The notes under the pieces: model-generated | What the model saw: only the letters and a program-made list of their open reading frames with translations | Databases searched by the model: none | What the model was told of the DNA's origin: nothing | Part shown: positions 13,113 to 26,013 of the stretch, piece by piece | How the letters are laid out: each line of letters starts with the position of its first letter | How positions within the stretch are numbered: the first letter of the stretch is position 1 | Origin: Octopus vulgaris | Taxonomy: Eukaryota | Assembly: GCA_951406725.2 (NCBI GenBank) | Contig: OX597827.1 | Coordinates: 60,574,001 to 60,638,000, forward strand | Length of the DNA stretch: 64,000 nucleotides | Reading direction: 5' to 3' | Position numbers and translations under genes: made by a program

Positions 13113-13284
13113 TGTGTGTCTGTATTCTAGTCCACTACATAAGCTTCCACAATCATTTAATGAATGCATATTACTACTAACTCCTTCTGTACTAAATGAA
13201 CATGAATATTCATTTTGTACTGCACTGATGATAATGTTAAAATATTCACTATACCTCAATTTATGGATTTTCAGTTACCTACGC

Positions 13285-13674
13285 GAGTGGCTGTGTGGTA
13301 AGTAGCTTGCTTACCAACCACATGGTTCCGGGTTCAGGCCCACTGCGTGGCACCTTGGGCAAGTGTCTTCTACTATGCATTCGACCAAAGCCTTGTAAGT
13401 GGATTTGGTAGACGAAAACTGAAAGAAGCCCGTCGTATATATGTGTGTGTGTGTGTTTGTATATATGTTTGTGTCTGTGCCCCCCAACATGGCTTGACAA
13501 CCGATGCTGGTGTGTTTACTTCCCCGTAACTTAGCGGTTCGGCAAAAGAGACCAATAGAATAAGTACTAGGCTTCCAAAGAATAAGTCCTGGGGTCGATT
13601 TGCTCAACTGAAGGCGGTGCTCCAGCATGGCCACAGTCAAATGACTGAAACAAGAAAATGAGTAAAAAGAGAAT
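13285..13674 (+). mobile_element. SINE family A
   Basis: Collinear with the family consensus. Confidence 0.88.
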
Positions 13675-13954
13675 ACAAAATAAAACTTGAAATTTTGAAA
13701 ATATGGGATGTGTCAGTATGTCCGGACCCCAAGCCAGTCGCCAGACTATGGTACCCCGGAGGTGCTTCAGAATATTCTGCATGGACACTAATTTGTAGTA
13801 ATGCTAAAGTGAAGTAAACCTGAGGGTGCACCACAAATAGTGAGGTGGGGTGCCGTCCAGTGCATCCTCTTAGTGACGGGCATGGCGCGACCACCAATTT
13901 ATTTATTTTTATTAAGTTTAGATATAATCGGAATCTAAACCAACTGAAAGGCAT

Positions 13955-14360
13955 TTACTCTTTTACTTGTTTCAGTCATTTGACTGCGGCCATGCTGGAG
14001 CACCGCCTTTAGTCGAGCAAATCGACCCCGGGACTTATTCTTTGTAAGCCCAGTACTTATTCTATCGGTCTCTTTTGCCGAACCGCTAAGTGACGGGGAC
14101 GTAAACACACCAGCATCGGTTGTCAAGCAATGCTAGGGGGACAAACACAGACACACAAACATATACACACACACTTATATATATATATACATATATACGA
14201 CGGGCTTCTTTCAGTTTCCGTCTACCAAATCCACTCACAAGGCTTTGGTCGGCCCGGGGCTATAGCAGAAGACACTTGCCCAAGATGCCACGCAGTGGGA
14301 CTGAACCCAGAACCATGTGGTTGGTTAGCAAGCTACTTACCACACAGCCACTCCTGCGCC
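13955..14360 (-). mobile_element. SINE family A, full length, young
   Basis: Intact head ending GCGCC at 14360. It is inverted relative to the copy at 13285-13674. Confidence 0.9.
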
Positions 14361-15329
14361 TATTTGTAGAAAATTTCATTAAGAAATATCCATTTTTCAT
14401 GAAGTTATGAAGCAACAAAACGAATGCACACGTGTAGTATGCTGATATTTTTTTACCCCTCCTTCACTAAAATTGTTTGTGTTCTTGGGTTTCATATAAA
14501 GGAAATTACTATTCAGTAACATGTTTTTTTTTTAAATTTCCATTATTTTTTAAAAACATTTTACCTCTCTCCCTTCTGTAACCTTTTTCTTTCCCATGGG
14601 GGTAATTTAAAACTCTGCCAACCTGTTTTAGTTAACTTTAGTTTTTATTTCTCTCCTGGGTCGATACAGTAAGTAGCAGACATTCTGTTACACCTTTTCC
14701 CCACCCGTAAAATGTGAAGTCTTGTGCCAAAATGAACGGTAATCGTTATCATTTACAGAATGTTGGTAACGACCTCGTCATCATCGCAAATCGACGAGAA
14801 ATATATTCTCGCGTGACGTATGTGACAGACCCAAATTACGAAAGTGAATTATTAAGCTGTAAATGTTGAAAATTTACAAAAATTGTACTGATTCATTTTC
14901 CACAGTAAGTGTTTCACCTGGAATGCATGTTGAATTTCTTGAAGAGGTTAAGAAATAGGTGACGTATGTGATACCATACAAAAGAACTTTTTCACCTGAA
15001 AATATAAATTGGTCGTTCCTCTTAATTTCTCAAGAGCAGAATAAAAAATGTCATGGTGTTTATTTACATTGACCTTGACATTAAAAAAAAAAAATGTTAA
15101 TGATTTTTCTGAACAACGTCTGCAGTCACAAGTGTCGTTTACCTGGTGTGACGTGCGTGACAAAAAAATAGACGTTTATATTTTCAAAACAAATATTCTG
15201 TATCTTCCAAATCATATTGATCTGGTAGAAATTGTCCCAGTATTGATATCTGATTAAAACATACCTTTATAACGTTAAATATTCTTTGCAAAGATATAGG
15301 AGGGGGGGGGCAACAACCAAGCAGAGATA

Positions 15330-15920
15330 TCTTGTTTCAGTCAGTTGACCGTGCCCATGCTGGAGCACCACCTTGAAGGTTTTTTAGTCAAACAAATCAA
15401 CCCCAGTATTTTTTTTTTAAGTCAGCAACTTATTCTATTGGTATTTTTTCCTGAAATGCAAAGTTACAGAAGTGTAAACAAACCAACGCCAGCTGTCAAA
15501 CAGGAGGGGCAAACACACACACACAATGGGCTTCCTTCAATTTCTTATTTCTTTACTACCCACAAGGAGCTACAAACAGAGGGGACAAACAAGGACAGAC
15601 AAATGGATTAAGTCGATTACATCGACCCCAGTGTGTAACTAGTACTTAATTTATCGACTCCAAAAGGATGAAAGGCTAAGTCGACCTCGGCGGAATTTGA
15701 ACTCAGAACGTAACGGCAGATGAAATACCACTAAGCATTTCACCTGGCATGCTAACGTTTCTGCCAGCCAGATTGGTTTCTGTCAACCAAATTCACTCAA
15801 AAGGTCTTGGCCAGCTTGAGACTATAGTAGAAGACACTTGCTCAAGGTGCCATATGGTGAGACTGAACCTGAAACCATGTGGCTGGGAAACAAACTTTTT
15901 ATCACACAGCCATGCCTGCA
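15330..15920 (-). mobile_element. Old SINE family A copy with nested family C copy (about 15540-15770)
   Basis: Family A sequence is interrupted after CTTCCTTCA and resumes at GTTTCTGTCAACCAAATTC. Confidence 0.75.
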
Positions 15921-17884
15921 TGTTGTCTTTCATTGTTATTTAGACGCTGAGAAATCAGAAGCTGCTGGCATTTCTCCTGAAAATCAAACATACTGCATTC
16001 AGAATTACATCTGTTTGTCTTTCTTTAAAGACCAAAGGGTTATGATGTGAGGGAGATTTGGCTGATGTTTCTCAGGCTGAGAGACCACATAGAAATAACA
16101 CAGAAACTAATCAAGATAGAACTGTGTCCCATCTACGGAACTATCAATTTTTCACCCATGATAAGCATCAAACCTTAGAAAAGACAGTGAGAACCTCAAC
16201 GAAGTCATTGGACATGTTAGAGATAACCGCCACATCTCCCTTCAAAATAAGTAAGACATATTGGATTTAGATGAACAATATGAGATGGTTGTGGTTGGAA
16301 TACATTTAATAATAGATCTACTGTTCACCTGGGTCTAACCAAGTACAAGAGTAACAATTTTAAAAATTAAACCAAGTGCTTAAGAGAACATTTCTATTTT
16401 GCCCACATGGAGCCAATCAAAATTTGATGTTTCAATGTTCTAAAAGATAAAAGTAGAATCAAATTTCTCTAATGTCTAGTCAGTTCACTGTAGGGCAGAT
16501 TAAACTGGATAAGAATCAATGTACTGCCTCTCATAGCAGTGGTTTAGACAAAAGCTTTTGATTGGTTGTAACAATGAAGAGAGTAAGTGGATAGAAGCAA
16601 ATAATTGGCTGGCCTACAACTGGAATCCCAATCAATACATACAGACCTTTAGCCATGACTCAGTAGAAAAAAACAACAAAAGAAAAAAAACACAGGTCAT
16701 CACGAGTGGTGGAAAGAGGTAATAGATGAATGGTGATTGAGGTAGCAATATCATTTATACTCTCAGGAACTAAGAATTACATCTGTTAGTTAATGATATA
16801 CTAGATGCAGCTATGGCTGGGTGGTTTCGGGTTCAGTTCCACTGCACAGTACCTTGGGCAAGTGCTTTCTGCTATAGCCCCAAATTTCACCAAAGCCCAT
16901 GAGTGGATATGAAAGATGGAAACTGAAAAAAGCCTGTCAAATGCGTGTGTATGTGTGTGTGTGCATATGTACTCTTGTCTAGACATTACGTGATGGTTGT
17001 AAACGAGCATCAGTCGTTCATTTCCAGTCTTTCATGAAAAACGTCTGGCCATGAGGAATTACCAAGCTTGAAAACAGGTTAATGTTGGCAACAGGAAGGG
17101 CATCTGGTTGTAGGAAAAAATCTGTCTCAACAAATTTTGTGGAAAAGCAGACATTAAATGATGATGATGATAGTGGAATAAGGTGGTTAAGTCTATCATC
17201 ATCATCATTTAACCTGTTTCCCATGGGTCCTGTAAAGATGGGATAACATGGAAGGAAGAGGAGATGGGGACATGAATAGAGAGCCCTACTCTGATAAAAT
17301 ATCCAATATAAGAATGCAGTACTAGAAACATGCAACTTAGCATGCAGATTTCATGTTGACTGAACTGCAATCCATTTAGATGCACAAGGCTGGTTTTCTT
17401 TTCCATGCAGGCATGGTTGTGTGGTTAAGATCACTTTGCAACCATGTGGTTTCAGGTTCAGTCCCACAGCACAGTACCTTGGGCAAGTATCTTTTCCTAT
17501 AGCCCCGAGTCAACCAATGCATTGAGAGTGAATTTGGTAGATGTAAACTGTGTGGAAGCTCGTGTGTATGTGTGTGTGTGTGTGTACACATATAAGTCAT
17601 GCACTTTAACTGAGAAAAGTTTAAAGGATAAGGTAAAAGGAAAAGGTAGCCTTTTTTGAACTTAAAGTGAATGTAAATTAATGTCAACAAATATAACAAC
17701 TTGTAAACTTTCATTAACCAAAGCCTAAAATGTTATTTTATGATGAAACAAATAATGGGTAAATATATATACCGTACCTGGTGAGTGTGTGTGTGTATGT
17801 GTGTGTATATACGTATATGTGTATGTATATGAGTGTGTGTGAGTGTTTGAGCATCAGTGTGCGTGAGCATGTGTGAGTATGTTT

Positions 17885-18456
17885 TATGTAAGACCAGTAG
17901 TCGCCCACCCCTGTCCACACCACTGATGTTATCCAAGGGAAAGGCAAAGGGGCCGACAGCCTGACACCAGTGATGTCATAACTCATTTCTACAGCTGAGT
18001 GAACTGGAGCAACATGAAATAAAGTGTCTTGCTCAAGAACACAACACACAGCCTGGTCTGGGACATCGAACTCTCAATCTAATGCCTGTAAGTCTGATGC
18101 TCTAACCACTGGGCCATGTGCCTTCACTCCCTGTAACTTGCTGAGCATGGGATTACACCTACAAAGTTACCCTCCAAGGCACAAGTCCGGGCAAGGTTGT
18201 TTATGGAAGACCAGCAGTCACCCATGCATACTGGCCTCCCCTCTCCACGCCACCAGTGTTATCCAAGGGAAAGGCAAAGGCCGATACAGCTTGGCACCTG
18301 TGATGTCGCAACTAATTTCTACAGCTGAATGAACTGGAGCAACGTAAAATAAAGTGTCTTGCTCAAGAACACAACTCACAGCCCGGTCCGGGATTCGAAC
18401 TCACAACCTCACGATCTCAAGCTCGACGCTCTAACCATTGACCCACATGCCTTCAC
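17885..18456 (-). mobile_element. Two tandem tRNA-derived CORE-like SINEs (family E)
   Basis: Repeated GTGTTATCCAAGGGAAAGGCAAAGG...GAACTGGAGCAAC..AAATAAAGTGTCTTGCTCAAGAACACAAC with tRNA-like heads ending GCCTTCAC. Confidence 0.8.
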
Positions 18457-18909
18457 GACCCTGTAACTTAGTAGTTTGGTAAAAGAGACCAATAGAATAA
18501 ATGTTTGTCTTGATATGAGATCACCATGTCACGCACATATGGTTGTGATACATGTGCCTGGTGTACCCTTATCATACGGGTAGTTGTGATGGGTATACTG
18601 GGCTTCGTATATTTTACCCCAGTGTCACTTTGATGGCTTGCACTGATCTCTCACTCAATAATAATAATTTCTGATTTTGGCACAAGGTTAACAACTTTAG
18701 TGGAAGGAGGCAGGTCAATTACTTTATTTTAACAATCCCACAGGGATGAAAAAGCAAAGCTGGTCCTGGTAGGATTTGAACTCAGAAAGGGCCAGAAGAA
18801 TTGCTGTTAAATATTTTACCTAATATGTTAACAATTTTGCCCTTTCATATTTCCTATGCCTTTTGATTTGAGTCATAGTTAAAGACCCCTTTATGGATGG
18901 GAGACTTAA

Positions 18910-19129
18910 CCCTTTAGTGTTTAAACCGGCCATATCCGGCCTAAATATTCTACATGTTTTATATTCAAACTGGCCATATCTAGCCTCTCACACCTAACCT
19001 ACATTGACATTCTAAAAATAAACAATCATATCATTGAAACCTCAAAGCTATAACATAATGCATGACTAATTCAAAACAATTTGAGTGAAAAAGTATTACA
19101 TTTAATAGAGAAATTTGAACACCAAAGGG
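18910..19129. mobile_element. piggyBac-like MITE
   Basis: TTAA|CCCTTTAGTGTT ... AACACCAAAGGG|TTAA. Confidence 0.85.
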
Positions 19130-19160
19130 TTAAGGTAATCCCATAAACCAGCCTTCCCCA

Positions 19161-19199
<39 letters not shown>

Positions 19200-20007
19200 A
19201 ACACTGTATGAAAACCTATTGCATATGCATATTATGTATGTGTATGTTGAGAGTTTGTATTTGTCCTCCACCTGACATGAAAAAATAAGTCCTGGGGTCG
19301 ATTTGTTTGATTAAAACTTGTCATGGTGATGCCCCAGCATGGCCACAGTTCAATGCAGGAAACAAGTAAAAGTGAAAAAGATATATATATATATATATAC
19401 ACGTATGTGTGTGTATATATGTGTGTGTGTGTATATATACATATATATGTGTGTGTGTGTGTGTGCGTATATATATATATAGATAGAGAGAGAGAAGGGG
19501 GAAATTAGTTAGTTAATACTTCCTGTTTTAGACACAGTAGGATTTGTGTATTTATATAAAGTATGTGTTTATATATGCATGCGTAACATATATACACACC
19601 ATATTTATTTTGAAATACATCCCTTGTGTGAGCAATATATGTAGATACATAGACACATAAGACTATAGTTCTGTCTGTGTGTGTGTGTGCGCGCGCACGT
19701 GTGCATGTGTGGGTTAGAATACACAAACGTATGAGATCACATGCACGTGTGGGTGTGGCTGAGAATGTATTTGTGCATGTGCAAATCCCCACCTACGATT
19801 TTAACAGAACGCTGTTCCGTCAGACTGTCAGAAAAATATTCCATAAATAGAACTGATGTTACTGAGAGAAGGTGAGGGATGTTCTCATGGTAACAGCTGT
19901 GTGATGAAGAATCAGTGAATGGAACTTGCTATGCCACCTTTAAATGGCTTCACAGATACCGGGGAATTCTCAGTACAGCTTATACAGGATTGAGTCATCT
20001 CTCTTAT

Positions 20008-21429
20008 TAATCCTCTGTTATATAGGCACAAGGCTTGAAATTAAGGGAAGCAGGTTAGTCGATTATATAGACCCCGATGCTCAGTACTTATTTCACTGAC
20101 CCTGAGAGGATGAAAGGCAAGGTCAACCTAGGTGGCATTTGAACTCAGAACATAAAACTTGAAGAAATGCCACTAACCATTTTGTCCAGCGTACAAACGT
20201 TTTTGCCAGCTTGCCATCTTAATAATAATAATAATAACAATCCTTTGTACTAAAGCACAAGGCCTGGAATTTGGAGGGAAGGGGACTAGTTGATTACATT
20301 AACCCCAGTGTTTCACTGGTACTAAATTCATCAACCCCATAAGGATGAAAGGTAAAGTCAACCTTGGTCGAATTTGAACTCAGAACGTAGTGCCAGGTGA
20401 TATACCACTACGTATTTTGTTGAGCATGATAACAATTCTGCCAGCTCACCTTCTTACTTTATAATGATAATTATATCTACTAAAGGCACAAGGCCTGAAA
20501 TTTGATGGGAAGGGACTAGTCAATTACATCCACCCCAGTGTTTCACTGGTACTCAATTTATCGACCCCAAAAGGATGAAAGGTAAAGTCATGCCAGGTGA
20601 AATACTGCTAAGCATTTCATCCATCATGCTAATGATTTTGTCAGCTTGCCTCAATAATAAAAATAATAATATTAATAATCCTTTCTGTTAGAAGCACAAG
20701 GGTTCAAATTTTGGGGGAGGTAGAGTTTGTTGATTATATCGAACCTAATGCTCAACTGGAACTTATCTAATTGACCCTGAAAGGATGGGATGTAAGGCTA
20801 AGACAACTTTGGCTCTATTTGAACTTGGAACATAAAGAACAACAGAATGCCGCTAGGCATTTTGTCTGGCATATTAACGATTCTACCAGCTCACCACCTT
20901 AATAATAATAATTGTTTGTTCCTTCTCGAGCCATGCCTGGCTCATAAGACCTGGTTTCCCGGTTTCCTTGACATATAGGTTCCCCACCTGGACAGGGCGC
21001 CGGTCTGTCACAGGTGAGCTACAAGATGCAGGAGGAAAGAGTGAGAGAAAGTCAGCAGAAGTTCGCCATTACTTTCTTCCAGAGCCGCATGGAGCTTAGG
21101 TATTTCGCTCATAAAGACACATCGCCCGGTCTGAGATTCGAACCCGCGATCCCTCGACCATGAGTCTGCTGCTCTAATCCCTAGGCCATGTGCCTCCACA
21201 ATAATAATAATGGTTCCAAATTTTGCCACAAGGGCAGCAATTTTGGGGGAGGGGACGAGTCAGTTACATCAACCCCAGTGTTCAACTGGTACGTATTTTA
21301 TTGACCTTGAAAGGTGAAGTCGATCTTGATGGAATTTGAACTCGGAACATAGCGAAGGGTGAAATATCACAAAGCATTTTGTCTGGCATGCTAACAATTC
21401 TGCCAGCTCACCACCTTAATAATAATAAC

Positions 21430-21460
<31 letters not shown>

Positions 21461-22070
21461 TCTGATTTTGGCACAAGGTTAACAACTTTAGTGGAAGGTG
21501 GTAAGTCAATTACTTGACTTGTACTTTATTTTAACAACCCCACAGGGATGAAAAAGCAAAGCTGGTCCTGGTGGGATTTGAACTCAGAACATAAAGAGCC
21601 AGAAGAATTTCTGCTACACATTTTACCCAATGTGTTAACAATTTTGTCAGCTTGCCACCATATATTCTTTTCTACTGTAGGCACAAGGCCACAAAAAATT
21701 TGGGGGGAGGGGGCCAGTCGATTAGATCGACCCCAGTATACAACTGGTACTTAATTTATCGACCCCGAAAAGATGAAAGGCAAAGTCAACCTCAGTGGAA
21801 TATGAACTCAGAACGTAAAGACAGTCTAAACACTGCTAAGCATTTCACCCGGAGTGCTAACATTTCTGCCAGCTTGCTGCCTTATATCATTATTATTATT
21901 ATTATAGTGGCAAGCTGGCAGAAACATAAGCACACCAGACAAAATGCTTCATGGCATTTCTTCCAGTTTCAAAGTCAATGAAATAAGTAACAGAGAAGCA
22001 CTGACATTGATGTGATCAACTACTGCCCTCTCCTCAAATTTCAGGCCTTGTGCCTATAGTAGAAAATATT
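20008..22070. mobile_element. Array of about eight family C SINEs joined by (TAA)n-like linkers, plus one family B SINE (20913-21199)
   Basis: Seven minus-strand copies head to tail and one plus-strand copy at about 21905-22070. Confidence 0.85.
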
Positions 22071-22365
22071 ATTAATATCATTATTAATGCCAACCACTTT
22101 ACAATGTGTGTTGGGAGCTTTTTTTTTGGTGCCACTGACACTAGTAATGTCACCAAGTAACTCGAAAGACATCCAAAATGCCTTTGACCACAGGTCCATT
22201 CAATTGAAGATGGTCAGGAAGCAGTGGCAGCTCGTAGATAAAATGAGTTGGGGTGCTGCTTCAGAAAATTTTTAGCCATTGTTTTAATATCATGTAAAAG
22301 GAAACAAACATATAAAAAGAAAATTTATACATAAACTTGATCAGTTTGTGTTTTAGCCACTGCCA

Positions 22366-22644
22366 GGTAGTGTGTTTAATATGTTCACTGAACATATTAA
22401 ACACACGTGTATGCGTGTGTTTGTGTTTGTCCACCACTACTGATTGACAACCAGTGTTGGTGTGTTTACATCCCTGTAACTGAGCAAGTTTGGTAAAACA
22501 GACTGGTAGTGTGTTTAATATGTTCACTGAACATATTAAACACACGTGTATGCGTGTGTTTGTGTTTGTCCACCACTACTGATTGACAACCAGTGTTGGT
22601 GTGTTTACATCCCTGTAACTGAGCAAGTTTGGTAAAACAGACTG
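22366..22644. repeat. Perfect 139-bp tandem duplication containing a palindrome
   Basis: Units start at 22366 and 22505. Each has TGTGTTTAATATGTTCA-C-TGAACATATTAAACACA fused to a family A SINE piece. Confidence 0.9.
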
Positions 22645-23539
22645 ATAGAATAAGTACCAGGCTTTAAAAATTCATCTAAAAATTCTTTAAGGCGGTGCCC
22701 CAGCATGGCCGTATTCTGATGACTGAAACAAGTAAAAGACAAAGATATATGCTTACATATGCATATAAGTACATGATAGGCTTCTTTCAGTTTCCATCTG
22801 CCAAATCCACTCATTAGTTGTGAGCTAAAAGCAGTGTGTTAACAAATCATCCACCTGCTTCATACCTTTGAAGAGGTGTAAAGAGATCCTTTACTTGAGA
22901 CAAGGCTTAGCAAAAGTAAACACTACTTAAATAATTTATTTGTATGACACCTGCTAGCATGGAAAAATGGACAAAATGACGATCCAACATATGTATTCAT
23001 TTTTATATACATACATTTTATTATACATACATTTTTATATACATACATTTTATTACTCTACAACTCCTAACCTCATTCAAAACATTACATCATCAAATGG
23101 AGCTAAAGTAACACCTTGTAATAATAATAGTTGACAGTAGCTTTAATGCAAATTGAAACTGAACTTATAGGAATAATTGCCCTCGAGACAAGAAGTGCTT
23201 AATCAATGATCTGGTATATAAGCATACAAGTAACACCCCATCACTTGTAAAAATTTTTTGCAGGTTTAGAAGCCAATAAATTTAAGTTTCAACATCACAC
23301 ACACACACATTCATTCATGTTAAAATGCAACAAGAAATATCATATAGCCCTTTTGATAATATATCCTGGACTGAAGCATAAAAACATCCAATGAAAGCTT
23401 TTAGCAACATCCAAACGTAAATGTAATAAAATGCCTTGAAATTTATGTCATGAGAGCAATGGAGATTTTTTTTTTTTTTTTTTTTTGCTTAGGATTCAAT
23501 CTTGAATAGAAATTCTGATTTCATTTTAGTGTGTTTAAT

Positions 23540-23885
23540 TTGGCCATCCTTTTGGATACTTCAATGATTTCGCATGTACATGCCATCCATTATGGTCCCC
23601 CATGCATGTTCTTAATTCATCAACATTTGCCATTCCACTATTTACCATGCCTGAAGCAAGTTGCTGACAGAGGATGTTAAACGTTTTCTTCTCCTGTTGA
23701 CTCTTCCTACAATTGACTACCATAAGACCAGTTGACTCACGGGTTCTTCTGGGTGCCTGACTCAATGACTAGCAATTCTCAATCTTCTCTGCTGAATCTT
23801 TTCTATCACTTTGGGCAGATCTTGATAAAGTTGCTCAGTGGTTAAATGAGCTTTCCAAGTAACATTCAGAGCCTTTCTTAGCACT
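23540..23885 (-). mobile_element. RTE-like LINE C-terminal remnant
   Basis: LRKALNVTWKAHLTTEQLYQDLPKVIEKIQQRRLRIASH followed by an ELRTCMGDHNGW segment. Confidence 0.75.
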
Positions 23886-24983
23886 ACAGTCCAAGGATGC
23901 ATAGATATTTGTATACCCTCTCTCTCTCTTTCGGAGAGGCACAAGCACCTACACGCACATATACACACACGGCAGTAACTTCCACCTACCGAATTCAATC
24001 ACAAAGCTCCGGTCAGCTCGGGGCTATAGTGAAAGACACCTACCCAAAGTGCCACGCAGTGGGACTGAACCCGAAACCAAGTAGCTAGGCAGCAAGCTCC
24101 CTAACCACACAGCCATGCCCATATATTTAAATGCACAAAGATTTCTGTATGAAGATATAATTACATGTGTAGACACACACACACACACACACGTGCATGC
24201 ATGAGTGTACATGTGTAAATATGAGTGTGCATGTATAGATATCATGCAGGTATGTATACTTATGTATCATCATCCATTCACTTCTGCATTCCATATTCTT
24301 TTCTACTCTAGGTAGAAAGCCCAAAATTTTGGGGGAGGGGGGAACCAGTCGATTAGATCAACCCCAGTACGCAACTGATACTTGATTTATCGACCCCGAA
24401 AGGATGAAAGGCAAAGTTGACTTCGGCAGAATTTGAACTCAGAATGTAAAGACAGATGAAACACTGCTAAGCATTTCACCCGGCATGCCAACGTTTCCGC
24501 CAGCTCGTCGCCTGTGCATTCCAGACTGGCAAGGGTTGGACCGTTCGACAGGAACTGGCAATCCAGAGGACTGTGCCAAGCCCCTACCATCTGCTTTGGC
24601 AAGGTTTCTATGGCTGGATGCCCTTCCTAGTAACATGTACTTTACACAGTATGCAGTTTGCGTGGCGCCAGAGGAGAGTAATACACTAAAGGAGGTGGCT
24701 TTGTGCCAAGTGATGTATATGAGTGTATACATATAAGTATCTGTATAAAAATGAGCAGATGTATGTGTATAACAAAGTATACAGAAATTTTGCACAAATA
24801 TACATGTATATAAATACCTTGAATGTTTGCATATGTTTAGAAGGCAGATTTGCAAAAGCATCACTAATAGATTTCTTTTATTTATACAATTTTCTAATTT
24901 ACAATATATTATTGATTTTAATTAGGCATCTATTTTCTGGATATTATTTCATTTATTCATTCAGTTATCCATTTATTTATCTA

Positions 24984-25364
24984 CTAGCAGTATCGCCCAG
25001 CGTTGCTCAGGTTTGTAAGGGAAATAACTATAAAGCATTTTTAGAGAGTTATAGCCAAAAATAACAAAAAAATGGAAAAAAATGATGGTAAATTTTTTTT
25101 TAGTTAAAAAAGATGGAGTTGCGTCCCCTAGACAGTTTGCGGTTTGTGTTTCTGATTCTCGACCCCATGTCGAATTTATCGATTTTTTTCAGAACTGGGG
25201 GAACTTTTCAAAATTTTCGCTGCGTTAGTTTTGAATTATGACATTGGGCTATGTGTGTGTCAAGTTTCATCAGAATCGGTTGAAAGCCGTGGTCAGGGTG
25301 AGGGTACAAGCAAACAGACACACAGAAACACGCACAGACAAACTGCCGTTTATATAGAGAGAGA
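24984..25364 (-). mobile_element. Non-autonomous Helitron
   Basis: Same CTAG-end sequence as 4743-5258 for about 70 bp, a different interior and an A|TC 5' terminus. Confidence 0.78.
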
Positions 25365-25705
25365 TTTAATTAACTATATGATTATGCTGGTGTCATGTAA
25401 AAAGCATTTGGCACACTCTGTCAAGCGGTTGGCATTAGGAAGGCATCCATCCATAGAAATCATGCCAAAGCAAGCTGTAGGACTTGTTGCAGTCCCCTAG
25501 CCCCTAGCATGCCAGTGCTTGTCAAACCATCCAACCCACATCAGCATGGAAAATGGGTCTTCTTCTTCTTCCAATCAGGACTCATGCCATTAGCCACAAA
25601 GAATAATCTCTAATTCGAGCCTACTCTAAGCTACTAAGAATGCGTGTGGCAACTTGAAGATCCACCCACCACACGCAATAGACTGGCAGTTGCATGGGCA
25701 CGAAA

Positions 25706-26013
25706 GCTACGTTGTTATCCTCATTCCGTAAACGGTGGCTTTTAACGGGTGGAGAGCCGAACCATCCTGGGGTACAGAGGATTCGCAATCTAGACTAGGG
25801 TCTGAAAGTTTACCACACCATAATGTCTCTGCTTTGTGGCAGAAGTAGGAAGAAAGAGTGAGAGAAAGTTGTGGTGAAAGAGTACAGGGGGATTCACCCC
25901 ACACCCTTAGGTGTTTTTGCTCAATAAACACTCACAATGCCTGGCCTGGGAATTGAAACCGCGTTCTTATAACTGCGAGCCCGCTGCCCTAACCACTGGG
26001 CCATTGCGCCTCC
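25706..26013 (-). mobile_element. SINE related to family B with a different 3' module
   Basis: It shares the GGAGGCGCAATGGCCCAGTGG-type head and the GAAAGAGTGAGAGAAAGTTGTGG body, but has an unrelated tail. Confidence 0.65.

Noticed and set aside
13700-13895. GC-rich unique-looking segment considered as an ncRNA
   Set aside because: No recognisable snRNA, SRP, RNase P or 7SK motifs. Weak inverted ends (CAAGCCAGTCGCCA / TAGTGACGGGCATG) suggest a decayed MITE, but there is no TSD.
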